Virus record (IMG/VR): IMGVR_UViG_3300027833_000021
Span: 1-64,000 of that record
Length of the DNA stretch: 64,000 nucleotides
From: a virus
Reading direction: 5' to 3' (one strand)
Positions 55,025 through 63,939 of this stretch are shown piece by piece. The position numbers were made by a program, and so were the translations under genes. The notes under the pieces were generated by a model. It was not told the DNA's origin. It ran no database searches and saw nothing but the letters and a program-made list of their open reading frames with translations. Every line of letters starts with the position of its first letter. Position 1 is the stretch's first letter.

Positions 55025-56180
55025 AGTAAACGCATGGAATGGATGGGATCCGTTAAAGCAAGTAGTTCTTGGTAATTGTTTCCCACCTGAGTTCTTCGAG
55101 GATGTGAAAGACACAAAACTCAGAGACTTATTACAACGTCTACTATATGAAACAAGAGAAGATTTACAAAATATTCAAAATACACTTGAGGGTTTAGGGG
55201 TAGAAGTAGTTCGTATGCCAGAATATGGCATGACTAATTTTCCTTTAGTGCGACATGAAAGCCCAAAGACGATAAACGAAGCCGCTGAACTAGGTATGCA
55301 AGGTGCATATAGAGACGGTAAAGTTCACGGTTTTCCTAAACCTTGTCTTACTCCACGTGATGATATTATAACTCTTGGTAATAAATGTTTGTTTACTAGT
55401 AATCTATTAGACAATGTTATAGAGGATGGTGAGATATTTAATCCTGACCACTTAGATTTGTTTAGTCAAAAAGAATGGAATTTATACAGACAAGGTAAAG
55501 TATTAAAAGGACCATTAAATCCTACACCTCATTTAATAAAAGATGCTACTGAACAAAGAAGATTTGATGCATCATTCCAGTTTTGGGCACCACTCATACA
55601 TAGGGTTGGCGACAGACTTGTTGTAGACCAACAAGATTGGGCAAATCTATCTGATGTAATATTGAAAAGATATCCACAATTCACAGCGGCAAATATTGCA
55701 GTTGGTGGACACACAGATGGTTCAATGAATTTACCAAAACCTGGACTTGTTATATGTGGTGATTGGATGGGACCAGAAGACTTTAAACATACATTGCCTG
55801 GATGGGATGTATTGAGAATAGAACATCCAAATCAGACAAAAAGTGAGTTTGGAAGTTGGGCTGATGAGAAACATATCACACAGGGAAGATGGTGGACACC
55901 AGAAGCAAAATCTAATCCTGAACTTGTAGATTTTGTAGACAATTGGTTAACTAATTGGGTAGGTTATGCAGAAGAAAGCATATTTGAAGTAAATATGTTA
56001 TCTGTAAATCCAGAAACGATATTAAGTTTGAACTATCAACCAGAAGTACATAACGCACTGAAAAAACACGGAATAGAACCAATCTATTGTAGATTTAGAC
56101 ACAGAAACTTTTGGGATGGTGGATTACACTGTTTAACAGTTGATACAGTAAGAGAGGGCGGAATACAGTCATATTTTTAG
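54996..56180 (+). CDS. Amidinotransferase (glycine/inosamine-phosphate amidinotransferase family)
   Basis: N.WDPLKQVVLG, PRDD, HTDG, VNMLSV, GGLHCLT.D. Confidence 0.85.
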   Translation: MDSKKYKVNEVNAWNGWDPLKQVVLGNCFPPEFFEDVKDTKLRDLLQRLLYETREDLQNIQNTLEGLGVEVVRMPEYGMTNFPLVRHESPKTINEAAELGMQGAYRDGKVHGFPKPCLTPRDDIITLGNKCLFTSNLLDNVIEDGEIFNPDHLDLFSQKEWNLYRQGKVLKGPLNPTPHLIKDATEQRRFDASFQFWAPLIHRVGDRLVVDQQDWANLSDVILKRYPQFTAANIAVGGHTDGSMNLPKPGLVICGDWMGPEDFKHTLPGWDVLRIEHPNQTKSEFGSWADEKHITQGRWWTPEAKSNPELVDFVDNWLTNWVGYAEESIFEVNMLSVNPETILSLNYQPEVHNALKKHGIEPIYCRFRHRNFWDGGLHCLTVDTVREGGIQSYF

Positions 56181-56190
56181 TAATTTGCTA

Positions 56191-56219
56191 TTGCATAATG
56201 ATTAAAAGTGTGTTATACT
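56191..56219 (+). promoter_or_regulatory. sigma70-type promoter
   Basis: TTGCAT-N17-TATACT with TG extension. Confidence 0.55.
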
Positions 56220-56248
56220 TATTAGATGATTATTATGGAGAATACTGA

Positions 56249-56509
56249 ATGAGTATGGTTTATTGTACAAAATATGGCAAAGAATTGCCTGCCCTAACAA
56301 CTGCACCTTTTCCTGGCGAAGCAGGTGAAAAAATCTTAAATGAAATCTCAGCACAAGCATGGTTTGAATGGCTTGAGATGCAGACTATGTTTATCAACGA
56401 AAATCAATTAAACATGATGGACCCACAGGCTAGAGAGTTTCTAGCAGAACGAAGAGATGAATTTCTTTTCGAAGGTGGTGATATTATTGAACCGCCAGAG
56501 CCTATCTAA
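56249..56509 (+). CDS. yggX: Fe(II)-trafficking/oxidative damage protection protein YggX
   Basis: V.C.K...E...L...P.PGE.G..I...IS..AW..W...QTM.INE..L. Confidence 0.9.
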   Translation: MSMVYCTKYGKELPALTTAPFPGEAGEKILNEISAQAWFEWLEMQTMFINENQLNMMDPQAREFLAERRDEFLFEGGDIIEPPEPI

Positions 56510-56904
56510 TGAAAGAGTTGACTTATCAACTTCATGCGGCAGATGTTCCATTGAATATGCATGGAAGCGTAACGGGTGCATGGTTGTTTGATGTACTAGA
56601 TAGAGCGGCACTTGTTTGGATTAATGAAAACATTACCAACAAAATCAAAGGTGTCTCCGTAGCAACACATACTGCCGATGTAAAGTATCATCAGAGAGTT
56701 TTACAATATGGTTTTGTTTCGGCATATGCTGAATGTATCAGTGTTACTCCTGGTAAGATTACAATTGATGTTGATTTATACAATAGAACACAAGATGAAG
56801 CGGAAGGCGAATTAGCCGTTTCTGGCACATTAGCATTTAGTATGATAGATAATGCTACTTATAGATTAAAAAAAATACCAAGAGAATTCTTAAGTATTAA
56901 ATAG
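56509..56904 (+). CDS. Hotdog-fold acyl-CoA thioesterase (YciA-like)
   Basis: N.HG.V.G.WL...LD.AA, VAT. Confidence 0.7.
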   Translation: MKELTYQLHAADVPLNMHGSVTGAWLFDVLDRAALVWINENITNKIKGVSVATHTADVKYHQRVLQYGFVSAYAECISVTPGKITIDVDLYNRTQDEAEGELAVSGTLAFSMIDNATYRLKKIPREFLSIK

Positions 56905-56912
56905 GAGAATAC

Positions 56913-57815
56913 ATGCAAACAAATGGCAAAGTGCTTGTCACTGGCGGAGCGGGATTTATAGGAACTGAATTAGTACAACAGTTACACAATAAAGGTTATG
57001 AAATAACCATCTTGGATAAACAAGAAAAACCAATCGGTCTAGACCATGTGAAATATATTCAAGGTGATTTGTCAAGTCCTGCAAGATGTGTTATGGCATG
57101 TGCTGGTCAAGATTATGTTATTCATTTGGCAGCCAAAGCCAGAATACCAGAGAGTTTTATTAATCCAGATGCATACTTTGATGCAAATGTAACGGGTACA
57201 AGAAACATCTTAACAGCCGCAAGTGCGGTAGGTATTAGAAAATTTGTGTATGCGGGTTCTAGTTCAGTATATGGAAACAATGTTGCACCTAACAAACCAA
57301 CTCATAAACCAGACCCACTAAATTATTACGCAATGTCAAAGTTATTTGGCGAACATCTATGTAAGCAATACAAAATTATGTTTGATTTGAACTATAACAT
57401 TATGCGTTTCTTTACAGTATACTCTAAAAATCAACCTACTTCTCTTATGTTTGGAAAGTTTGCCCAACTTGTTAAAGAAGGTAAACCAGTCACTATCCAT
57501 GGTGATGGAGAAATGAGAAGAGATTACATACATATTTCTGACGTAGCATCAGCACTTATTGCCAGCATAGAAAGTAAAGTTAAGAACGATACATTCAATG
57601 TAGGAACTGGTAACAATATATCAGTTAATGCAGTTGTTGATATATTAAGAGAATATGCACCAGAATTAGAAGCAATTAACGTAGAAAAACCAAAAGGATA
57701 TGCACCAGAAACATTAGCAGATATTAGCAAGACTAAAAATCTACTACAATGGTCTCCAGATACTTTAATAGTTCCTGGACTAAATGAGATGTTTAAGACT
57801 ATATTTAAGAAATGA
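56913..57815 (+). CDS. NAD-dependent sugar epimerase/dehydratase
   Basis: VTGGAGFIG, HLAA, SSSVYG, YAMSK, RDYIH. Confidence 0.92.
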   Translation: MQTNGKVLVTGGAGFIGTELVQQLHNKGYEITILDKQEKPIGLDHVKYIQGDLSSPARCVMACAGQDYVIHLAAKARIPESFINPDAYFDANVTGTRNILTAASAVGIRKFVYAGSSSVYGNNVAPNKPTHKPDPLNYYAMSKLFGEHLCKQYKIMFDLNYNIMRFFTVYSKNQPTSLMFGKFAQLVKEGKPVTIHGDGEMRRDYIHISDVASALIASIESKVKNDTFNVGTGNNISVNAVVDILREYAPELEAINVEKPKGYAPETLADISKTKNLLQWSPDTLIVPGLNEMFKTIFKK

Positions 57816-58801
57816 TAAGTATTGTACAATTTTCAAGTAAAGCCGGAGCGGCAAGTAATTACATTGCTAAACAATGTATGTGGGCAGGAGTCGTAGATAA
57901 GAGAATTGACAGAGAACCAAATAAAAAAGTCAATGAATATACTATTCCAAGAACTAAAATAGGAAATCATTTTGAAAATAGACATGAACTCTGGAAGATG
58001 AAATGTGACGATGAAGAACTATTACAAAAGACAAGTGTAATTAAACCAAAATTAATGGAATTACATTACTGGTGCAAAGATAATAAACCTGAAACATTAC
58101 TGAATTCTGCTAATGCAAAAGAAATAGCACAGCGAATGGAACACAATAGACGACAAGTAATTGAAAAACTTGATATTATGTGGAAAGACGAATGGTGTAT
58201 GGCTTATTCTGCTTTTTGGAACTGGGAAGATTGGGGTAGATTATCAGGAAAGTCAGTTGTACTATCTGAATATGTACTAGACCTGATAGAAGATGTTCAG
58301 CAGTATTTCGTAGATTGCAAATTGTATTATTGGAAAGTTTGTGAACAAAAAGGTTGGAATATTCTTAGTATTTCACATCAGCATACATACGTAGAAACAC
58401 CAGGACTTATATTGCCTGATAATTTTGTACACGGATATCTTAGATGCGATATCGCTTCAAGCAAATATATAGATACTTTATTAGAAATAAAGCGTGGCGT
58501 AACAGTTACATCTGAGTATTTGAATAAAATACTAAGTTCAGATATAGATAAAGACCATGACCCAACATGGGGTGTGTCAAAATGGACAGAAGAATTATCA
58601 CATGAAATATTTGACTATAGAAAGATATTCATAGATAACGATAGCAATGAGATACAGCGGTTGTATGACTTCTTTCTTAATTTAGAATACTTTGAAGAAC
58701 ACAAAGAAAGAATTCTACAAGAGTTCTTTGATTATAATGATAAAAATATGAAACTTATGAAATCATTAGCATTGCCAATGTATGAAGAAGTGAATAAATA
58801 A
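57812..58801 (+). CDS. Hypothetical protein
   Basis: 329-aa ORF overlapping epimerase stop. Confidence 0.6.
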   Translation: MISIVQFSSKAGAASNYIAKQCMWAGVVDKRIDREPNKKVNEYTIPRTKIGNHFENRHELWKMKCDDEELLQKTSVIKPKLMELHYWCKDNKPETLLNSANAKEIAQRMEHNRRQVIEKLDIMWKDEWCMAYSAFWNWEDWGRLSGKSVVLSEYVLDLIEDVQQYFVDCKLYYWKVCEQKGWNILSISHQHTYVETPGLILPDNFVHGYLRCDIASSKYIDTLLEIKRGVTVTSEYLNKILSSDIDKDHDPTWGVSKWTEELSHEIFDYRKIFIDNDSNEIQRLYDFFLNLEYFEEHKERILQEFFDYNDKNMKLMKSLALPMYEEVNK

Positions 58802-58833
58802 AATATATAGTTAAGGAATAACAAGGAATTATA

Positions 58834-59262
58834 ATGAAATTAGTAGATAAAACAAATAAGATATTAAAGACTGTCTGCGATGAACATATCATTTCAGAAC
58901 ATTCTGAAAAAATGGCATATGATATGATTTTAGTAATGCAAGAGCATGATGCAATTGGACTTGCCGCACCACAAGTCGGTGAGAATACAGCATTGATGAT
59001 AATTGGTCATAAAGACAATGGTTATGTTGTTTGTTCAAATCCAACGTGGGAAGAAGCAGAAGATAGTGAAGATGAAGAATTCTTAGAAGGATGTGTTAGT
59101 TTTCCTGGATTAGAATTAAAAATCACTAGACCTAATAAGATATTGGGTACATTTACAAATTTAGCAGGAGAAAGAAAAACATCAATGTTCGTAGGAGTAT
59201 GGGCTCAAGCATTTCAACATGAGTGTGACCATCTAAATGGCATTACATTTGATACTCTATAA
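58834..59262 (+). CDS. def: Peptide deformylase
   Basis: IGLAAPQVG, EGCVS, QHECDHLNG. Confidence 0.93.
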   Translation: MKLVDKTNKILKTVCDEHIISEHSEKMAYDMILVMQEHDAIGLAAPQVGENTALMIIGHKDNGYVVCSNPTWEEAEDSEDEEFLEGCVSFPGLELKITRPNKILGTFTNLAGERKTSMFVGVWAQAFQHECDHLNGITFDTL

Positions 59263-60185
59263 TGAATTTTTCTGAATATACATTAATCAGTCTAGGTGAT
59301 AGTTTTACATTTGGGCAAGATACTATTCCTGACCCAAAACACCTTCCAGGTGAAGATTCTCCAACTTTTGGTAGACGATGGAAGAAAGCATGTAATAAAC
59401 TTTCTTTTACTAACCGTCTTACTGAAAGAATGGAGTTCAAATATAACGTGAACTTTGGAATAATGGGTGGGTGTAATGAAAACTCTCTCACAATATTAGA
59501 ATCATTTTTACGAAGCAATCCAGGTATGAAGATATTTGTGTTGTTTAATTTTACTAGTTCTGGTAGAATGATGAATTTCTTTCAACTGCCAGGACAGAAA
59601 GTGTATCACAAACGAAATGTAGTACCACATCATGCAGTCGAAGTTGACACATTAATAAATTACGGTATTAATTCAAAAGATGTTGCTGACTATTATACTT
59701 TGTGGAATAATTCCATACAAGAGATATACAATCATATAGGATATAGAAGAAGATTACAGCACATTTTATCTTTTTATAAAACCCCATACATATCATTTGA
59801 TATTGCTAATAATACTGACTATCTAATAAATAGAGATAATCCTTTACGATATATAGGACCAAAACATCAACACAGTATTGATGGTCATTTCTTTGATGAT
59901 ATGTATGACGATGATAGGTTTAATTTTCCAGAATTTGATTATGTAAAGTCTTACATTGATAATGTAATAAATGAAGTTCCGCCACTTACTAATCATATAA
60001 CAATGCGTGATATGAATGGTAGTCGTAACCTTATAGAATACATGGCTCTTAAAGCAATTTCTGAGGGTAGAAAAAAGGATTACTATTATGCAAAAAGAAT
60101 TGCTGATGGTGGACATTGGACAGAAGACGGACATCTCGTAGTAACAGATTTACTACAAAAAAAGATATATGAGAGATACAATTAG
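59262..60185 (+). CDS. SGNH/GDSL-like hydrolase
   Basis: LGDSFTFG, N.G..GGCN, C-terminal DGGHW...GH. Confidence 0.6.
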   Translation: MNFSEYTLISLGDSFTFGQDTIPDPKHLPGEDSPTFGRRWKKACNKLSFTNRLTERMEFKYNVNFGIMGGCNENSLTILESFLRSNPGMKIFVLFNFTSSGRMMNFFQLPGQKVYHKRNVVPHHAVEVDTLINYGINSKDVADYYTLWNNSIQEIYNHIGYRRRLQHILSFYKTPYISFDIANNTDYLINRDNPLRYIGPKHQHSIDGHFFDDMYDDDRFNFPEFDYVKSYIDNVINEVPPLTNHITMRDMNGSRNLIEYMALKAISEGRKKDYYYAKRIADGGHWTEDGHLVVTDLLQKKIYERYN

Positions 60186-60198
60186 AAAGGAGTAAAAT

Positions 60199-60357
60199 AT
60201 GAAATTCTTAACAAGTAGATTAAAAGAAAAAGCCTCACACGGCGGACTAGGTTTGGTCGCAGTGGGTTTAGTGATTCTTTTTCTAGGTAGTTGGGTAAAT
60301 ATAGCCGCTTATGCCGCTATTGCCTTCGGTGCATATCAAGTACTAACTAAAGGCTAA
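60199..60357 (+). CDS. 52-aa two-TM membrane protein, holin-like (not in ORF track)
   Basis: AAGGAG RBS; MKFLTSRLKEKASHGGLGLVAVGLVILFLGSWVNIAAYAAIAFGAYQVLTKG. Confidence 0.7.
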   Translation: MKFLTSRLKEKASHGGLGLVAVGLVILFLGSWVNIAAYAAIAFGAYQVLTKG

Positions 60358-60371
60358 AACTCTAAAAATAG

Positions 60372-60419
60372 TTGACAATTACGCCAGTTTGGGTTATAAT
60401 ATATCTAACTGGCGTAATT
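60372..60419 (+). promoter_or_regulatory. sigma70 promoter embedded in a 13-bp perfect inverted repeat
   Basis: TTGACA-N17-TATAAT; AATTACGCCAGTT / AACTGGCGTAATT. Confidence 0.7.
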
Positions 60420-60433
60420 TATGGAATAGAGTC

Positions 60434-60586
60434 GTGGCAAAGAAGAAGAGTAAGAAGAAAAAATTAAAAATTAATAAAAGAAATCCTGTTGCAAAAGCAC
60501 TTCGAACTCCTAAATTTAGAAGCCGAGTAGAGATAGATAGAAAAAGAGAGATGAAAAGTACAGGAAAGTATTTAGATGAGGAATAG
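60434..60586 (+). CDS. Small basic ArfA-like protein
   Basis: [18 protein letters not shown] aligns by eye with ArfA DNAIEALLHDPLFRQRVE; GTG start. Confidence 0.45.
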   Translation: MAKKKSKKKKLKINKRNPVAKALRTPKFRSRVEIDRKREMKSTGKYLDEE

Positions 60587-60591
60587 ATGAG

Positions 60592-60936
60592 ATGGCGTAT
60601 GTAGTAACACAAGATTGTATTAAATGTAAGTACACGGATTGCGTAGAAGTGTGTCCAGTGGATTGTTTTTACGAGGGCGAAGACTTTCTAGTAATAAACC
60701 CAGATGAATGTATTGACTGTGGAGTTTGTGAGCCAGAATGTCCAGCAGATGCTATTATAGCCGACAATAATCCATTGTTTACTCAACGTCTTTTGGATAT
60801 AAACGACAAGATGTCTCAGATATGGCCGGTAATTGTAGAACAGATAGACCCATTGCCAGATGCAGACAAATATAATCCTAAAAAGGGTTATACAGAAGAT
60901 AAAACACCATTATTAGATAAGTTTGATAAAGAGTAG
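60592..60936 (+). CDS. fdxA: 7Fe/8Fe ferredoxin (FdxA-type)
   Basis: [21 protein letters not shown]...[13 protein letters not shown]. Confidence 0.93.
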   Translation: MAYVVTQDCIKCKYTDCVEVCPVDCFYEGEDFLVINPDECIDCGVCEPECPADAIIADNNPLFTQRLLDINDKMSQIWPVIVEQIDPLPDADKYNPKKGYTEDKTPLLDKFDKE

Positions 60937-60950
60937 AGGAATACAATACA

Positions 60951-61457
60951 TTGATGAAAACATTTAAGACACGACTTGATGACTTTTTTCATTGGGTTAA
61001 GGGAACTGAACTTGTAGAACTAACAGATATTGATGTCAGTGAAGACCCAGTAAGACCAGGTTTAGATTTAGAGTTTAGAACAAGTTATGGTCGCAAGATA
61101 TATGGGTTGAAATACGAGAATAATATAGAAGGTATCATTTGTATAGCATATTGTAATGATGTACCCGAATCAGAAAGAGAATTAGACTTGATAAGTCAAA
61201 ATGCACATTACAAAGAAGAATTCAATACAGCAGTAGCATATACGGTCTGGAGTCGCAAGAGAGGGGCTGGTAAAGAGATTATGACGAAACTAAAGGATTA
61301 CTTGATTGCTAATACAAATGTCAAAAGAGTAGTCACATTATCACCATTAACCCCTATGGCAACCCATTTTCACATCAGAAATGGTGCAAAATTGATTAAT
61401 ATTAACGCTACCACACAAAATTTCGAATATAAACTTAAAAAAACGGCAAAAACTTGA
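60951..61457 (+). CDS. GNAT-fold protein (malonyl-CoA-decarboxylase-like motifs)
   Basis: TAVAYTVWS..RGAGK, VTLSP, FH.RNGA. Confidence 0.5.
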   Translation: MMKTFKTRLDDFFHWVKGTELVELTDIDVSEDPVRPGLDLEFRTSYGRKIYGLKYENNIEGIICIAYCNDVPESERELDLISQNAHYKEEFNTAVAYTVWSRKRGAGKEIMTKLKDYLIANTNVKRVVTLSPLTPMATHFHIRNGAKLININATTQNFEYKLKKTAKT

Positions 61458-61481
61458 CAAAAGCGGAGTTTGTGCTATAAT
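61454..61481 (+). promoter_or_regulatory. sigma70-type promoter
   Basis: TTGACA-N16-TATAAT with TG extension. Confidence 0.65.
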
Positions 61482-61512
61482 AATTAAGAATCAACAACTA
61501 AAGGAAGTAAAA

Positions 61513-62031
61513 ATGAAAAATATAGTAACTATAATTGCATTAGCAGTGAGTATGTTTTCAGTTAGTGCAATGGCTTCGGCTTCAACAGCAACAATTGATG
61601 GTACTGTTATATCAAGTACTCCTATCATGCAAGAAGTAATTAGAAATAATCCAACGCAATCTTGTAACATCATAGAAGTTCCTGTTTACGGCAATACTAA
61701 AGGCACTGCCGGTGATGCAATCGCAGGCGCACTTATTGGTGGTATTCTAGGTAATCAAGTTGGTAAAGGCTCTGGTAAAGATGCCGCTACTATCTTCGGT
61801 GCTATTCTTGGTGCGAAAGCAGGTGAGAACAACGGTGGTAAAAAAGTTATCGTTGGCTACAAACAAGTAGAACAATGTGAAGTAAGATATGTACAAGTGA
61901 GAGAATCAGTGGTATCTGGTTATGAAACATCTGTCGAGTTGTACGGTGAACTTATTCATACTTTCACTACTAAAAGACAGTACAGCACAGGTTCTATTGT
62001 ACCAGTCAGAATGACGTTATCATTGAATTAA
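61513..62031 (+). CDS. Exported glycine-zipper 2TM protein (YcfJ-like)
   Basis: Signal peptide; GALIGGILGNQVGKGSGKDAATIFGAILG. Confidence 0.8.
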   Translation: MKNIVTIIALAVSMFSVSAMASASTATIDGTVISSTPIMQEVIRNNPTQSCNIIEVPVYGNTKGTAGDAIAGALIGGILGNQVGKGSGKDAATIFGAILGAKAGENNGGKKVIVGYKQVEQCEVRYVQVRESVVSGYETSVELYGELIHTFTTKRQYSTGSIVPVRMTLSLN

Positions 62032-62098
62032 GTACACACTTATTATAACTGATGATGTAATTTCTCTATAATATCTCATAAATACATATGAGAGAAAC

Positions 62099-62124
62099 AA
62101 AAGCCTCTTTTTAGAGGCTTTTTT
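62099..62124 (+). terminator. Rho-independent terminator
   Basis: AAAAGCCTCT/AGAGGCTTTT. Confidence 0.8.
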
Positions 62125-62150
62125 ATTACATTATAGAGGAGGTATTTATT

Positions 62151-63641
62151 ATGTTATTTCCAATAATTACATTTATAACCGCTATCACTATCGCGGCAAT
62201 TGCCGCATACTTTTCAGTTGCTGGTCTTATGGCTATCTTTACTGCATCGGCAATTTCTGTTGCCATTATGGCAGTAGCATTAGAAGTCGGTAAACTAGTT
62301 TCAGCATCTTGGGTTTATAGAAACTGGAAAAGGGCACCATTTCTTTTGAAATCATATCTTACTATTGCAGTAGTGATATTGATGTTCATCACTTCAATGG
62401 GCATTTTCGGTTTCCTATCAAAAGCACATTTAGAACAAGCCGCAGACAGCGAAGAGAACACTGCTCGTATTGAACGTATCGTACAAGATATGGCTAGATA
62501 CGAAAATACAAATGATAGACTTGAATTAAAGATTGTAAAATTAGATTCCGAGGGCGAAACAGATACCTCAAAGGTACAAGACCAAATTGATACAGAAGAA
62601 AATAGAATGGACAATGTTATGGTCCGTATTCAACCTTCTATTGATGAACAGAATTTAATCATCACTACTGAACTATCGAAAGATGATGATAAAATTGCTC
62701 CGTATCTAAATCAAATGGATAGCCTAGATAAAGAACTTGATAAACTTGAAGAACAGGCTAAGAAGTATGAAAATGATATTACTAACGTTGGCAAAGATAC
62801 AACAAGTTATGATTATGCGATAGCACCATTCCAGGACCAGATTGATAAAATTAAATCTGATACTGCTACACTTAAAGAAATGTCAAAGTCTGGCACACAA
62901 GAAGACCTTAGAAAAGCCCAAAACGCAGTTGGTATTCCTTGGGGTTTCTGGAGAAACTCAGAAGTTCTTAAAGAATGGAATGAAGCAAACACGTTAAAAT
63001 TGACTGAACTAGGAATGAAGATTGCAGATGTTCGTAAAGAGTATGAAGAGCAATATAAACAAGAACGCATTAGACTAAGTAATCTGGTAGTCAAGTTAAG
63101 AGGTGTTGATACTCAATCTGTGAATAAACGTAAGATGGACTTACTAGAAAAGATTGAAGATACAAGAGGCGTAGAGTCTCCTGTAATATCTTCCGCTAGA
63201 GAAGAAATCAAAAGATTGCGTGAGAAAGCAGATAGAGAAGTTGCAGGTTCTTTAATTATCCTTGATAGATTACGTAACGAATTATTGAACGTATCACAAG
63301 TTGACAATTCAGTAGAAGTTGAGCAGTTGCAGTTGAAAATAAATGCAAATGATGATGCTGTCGATGAATTGATTGACCAGAAGTTTGAATTAGAACGTGA
63401 GATTAGAGCAATAGAAACTGAAGTAGGACCTATCAAGTATATTGCAGAACTGGTTTATGAAAATACAGATGGCGATACGATTGATGAAGCAGTTAGATGG
63501 CTTATCATTATATTCATCTTTGTGTTTGACCCGTTAGCAGTATTACTATTGATTGCGGCAAACTATAGTTTTCAAAACAGAAACAGTGGTGGCAGACAGG
63601 AAGAAATCTTCGACAAGTTTACTTTCAAAAAAAAAAATTAA
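62151..63641 (+). CDS. Membrane protein: N-terminal TMs, long coiled coil, C-terminal TM
   Basis: AAYFSVAGL, LEVGKLV, ITSMGIFGFLS, VGPIKYIA, IFVFDPLAV. Confidence 0.8.
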   Translation: MLFPIITFITAITIAAIAAYFSVAGLMAIFTASAISVAIMAVALEVGKLVSASWVYRNWKRAPFLLKSYLTIAVVILMFITSMGIFGFLSKAHLEQAADSEENTARIERIVQDMARYENTNDRLELKIVKLDSEGETDTSKVQDQIDTEENRMDNVMVRIQPSIDEQNLIITTELSKDDDKIAPYLNQMDSLDKELDKLEEQAKKYENDITNVGKDTTSYDYAIAPFQDQIDKIKSDTATLKEMSKSGTQEDLRKAQNAVGIPWGFWRNSEVLKEWNEANTLKLTELGMKIADVRKEYEEQYKQERIRLSNLVVKLRGVDTQSVNKRKMDLLEKIEDTRGVESPVISSAREEIKRLREKADREVAGSLIILDRLRNELLNVSQVDNSVEVEQLQLKINANDDAVDELIDQKFELEREIRAIETEVGPIKYIAELVYENTDGDTIDEAVRWLIIIFIFVFDPLAVLLLIAANYSFQNRNSGGRQEEIFDKFTFKKKN

Positions 63642-63922
63642 AGAAACCACTTGACATTTCACCCAAAATAAGCGATAATATTACTAATGACGAAGTAATA
63701 GAAGATACAATCACGTCAGAAGAACCTGAAGAAGAAAGTTTTGGTGTAATCTTAGATGATGCTAAGATTGATGAGGGAATAGAAAAAGTTGACGAAATCG
63801 AAGAAGACTTAACTCCAGAAGAAGTTGAAGAAGTTAAGAAAGAAGTCCAACGTAAGATAAATACAGAAGTGTTCAAGCGAGACGGTTGGTTAGATGATGT
63901 TGACACTAATACTAAAAAGTAA
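63638..63922 (+). other. Start-less acidic reading frame in -1 frame continuing the upstream gene across an A11 run
   Basis: LKKPLDISPKISDN...DTNTKK*; 94 sense codons, no ATG or RBS. Confidence 0.6.
63651..63679 (+). promoter_or_regulatory. sigma70-type promoter
   Basis: TTGACA-N17-GATAAT. Confidence 0.5.
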
Positions 63923-63939
63923 AAAGGCGTAGGTACATA

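Noticed and set aside
1805-63906. Most other minus-strand ORFs in the track
   Set aside because: They lie antisense to well-supported + strand genes and lack RBS/promoters; only 4958-5251 and 27276-27668 are supported.
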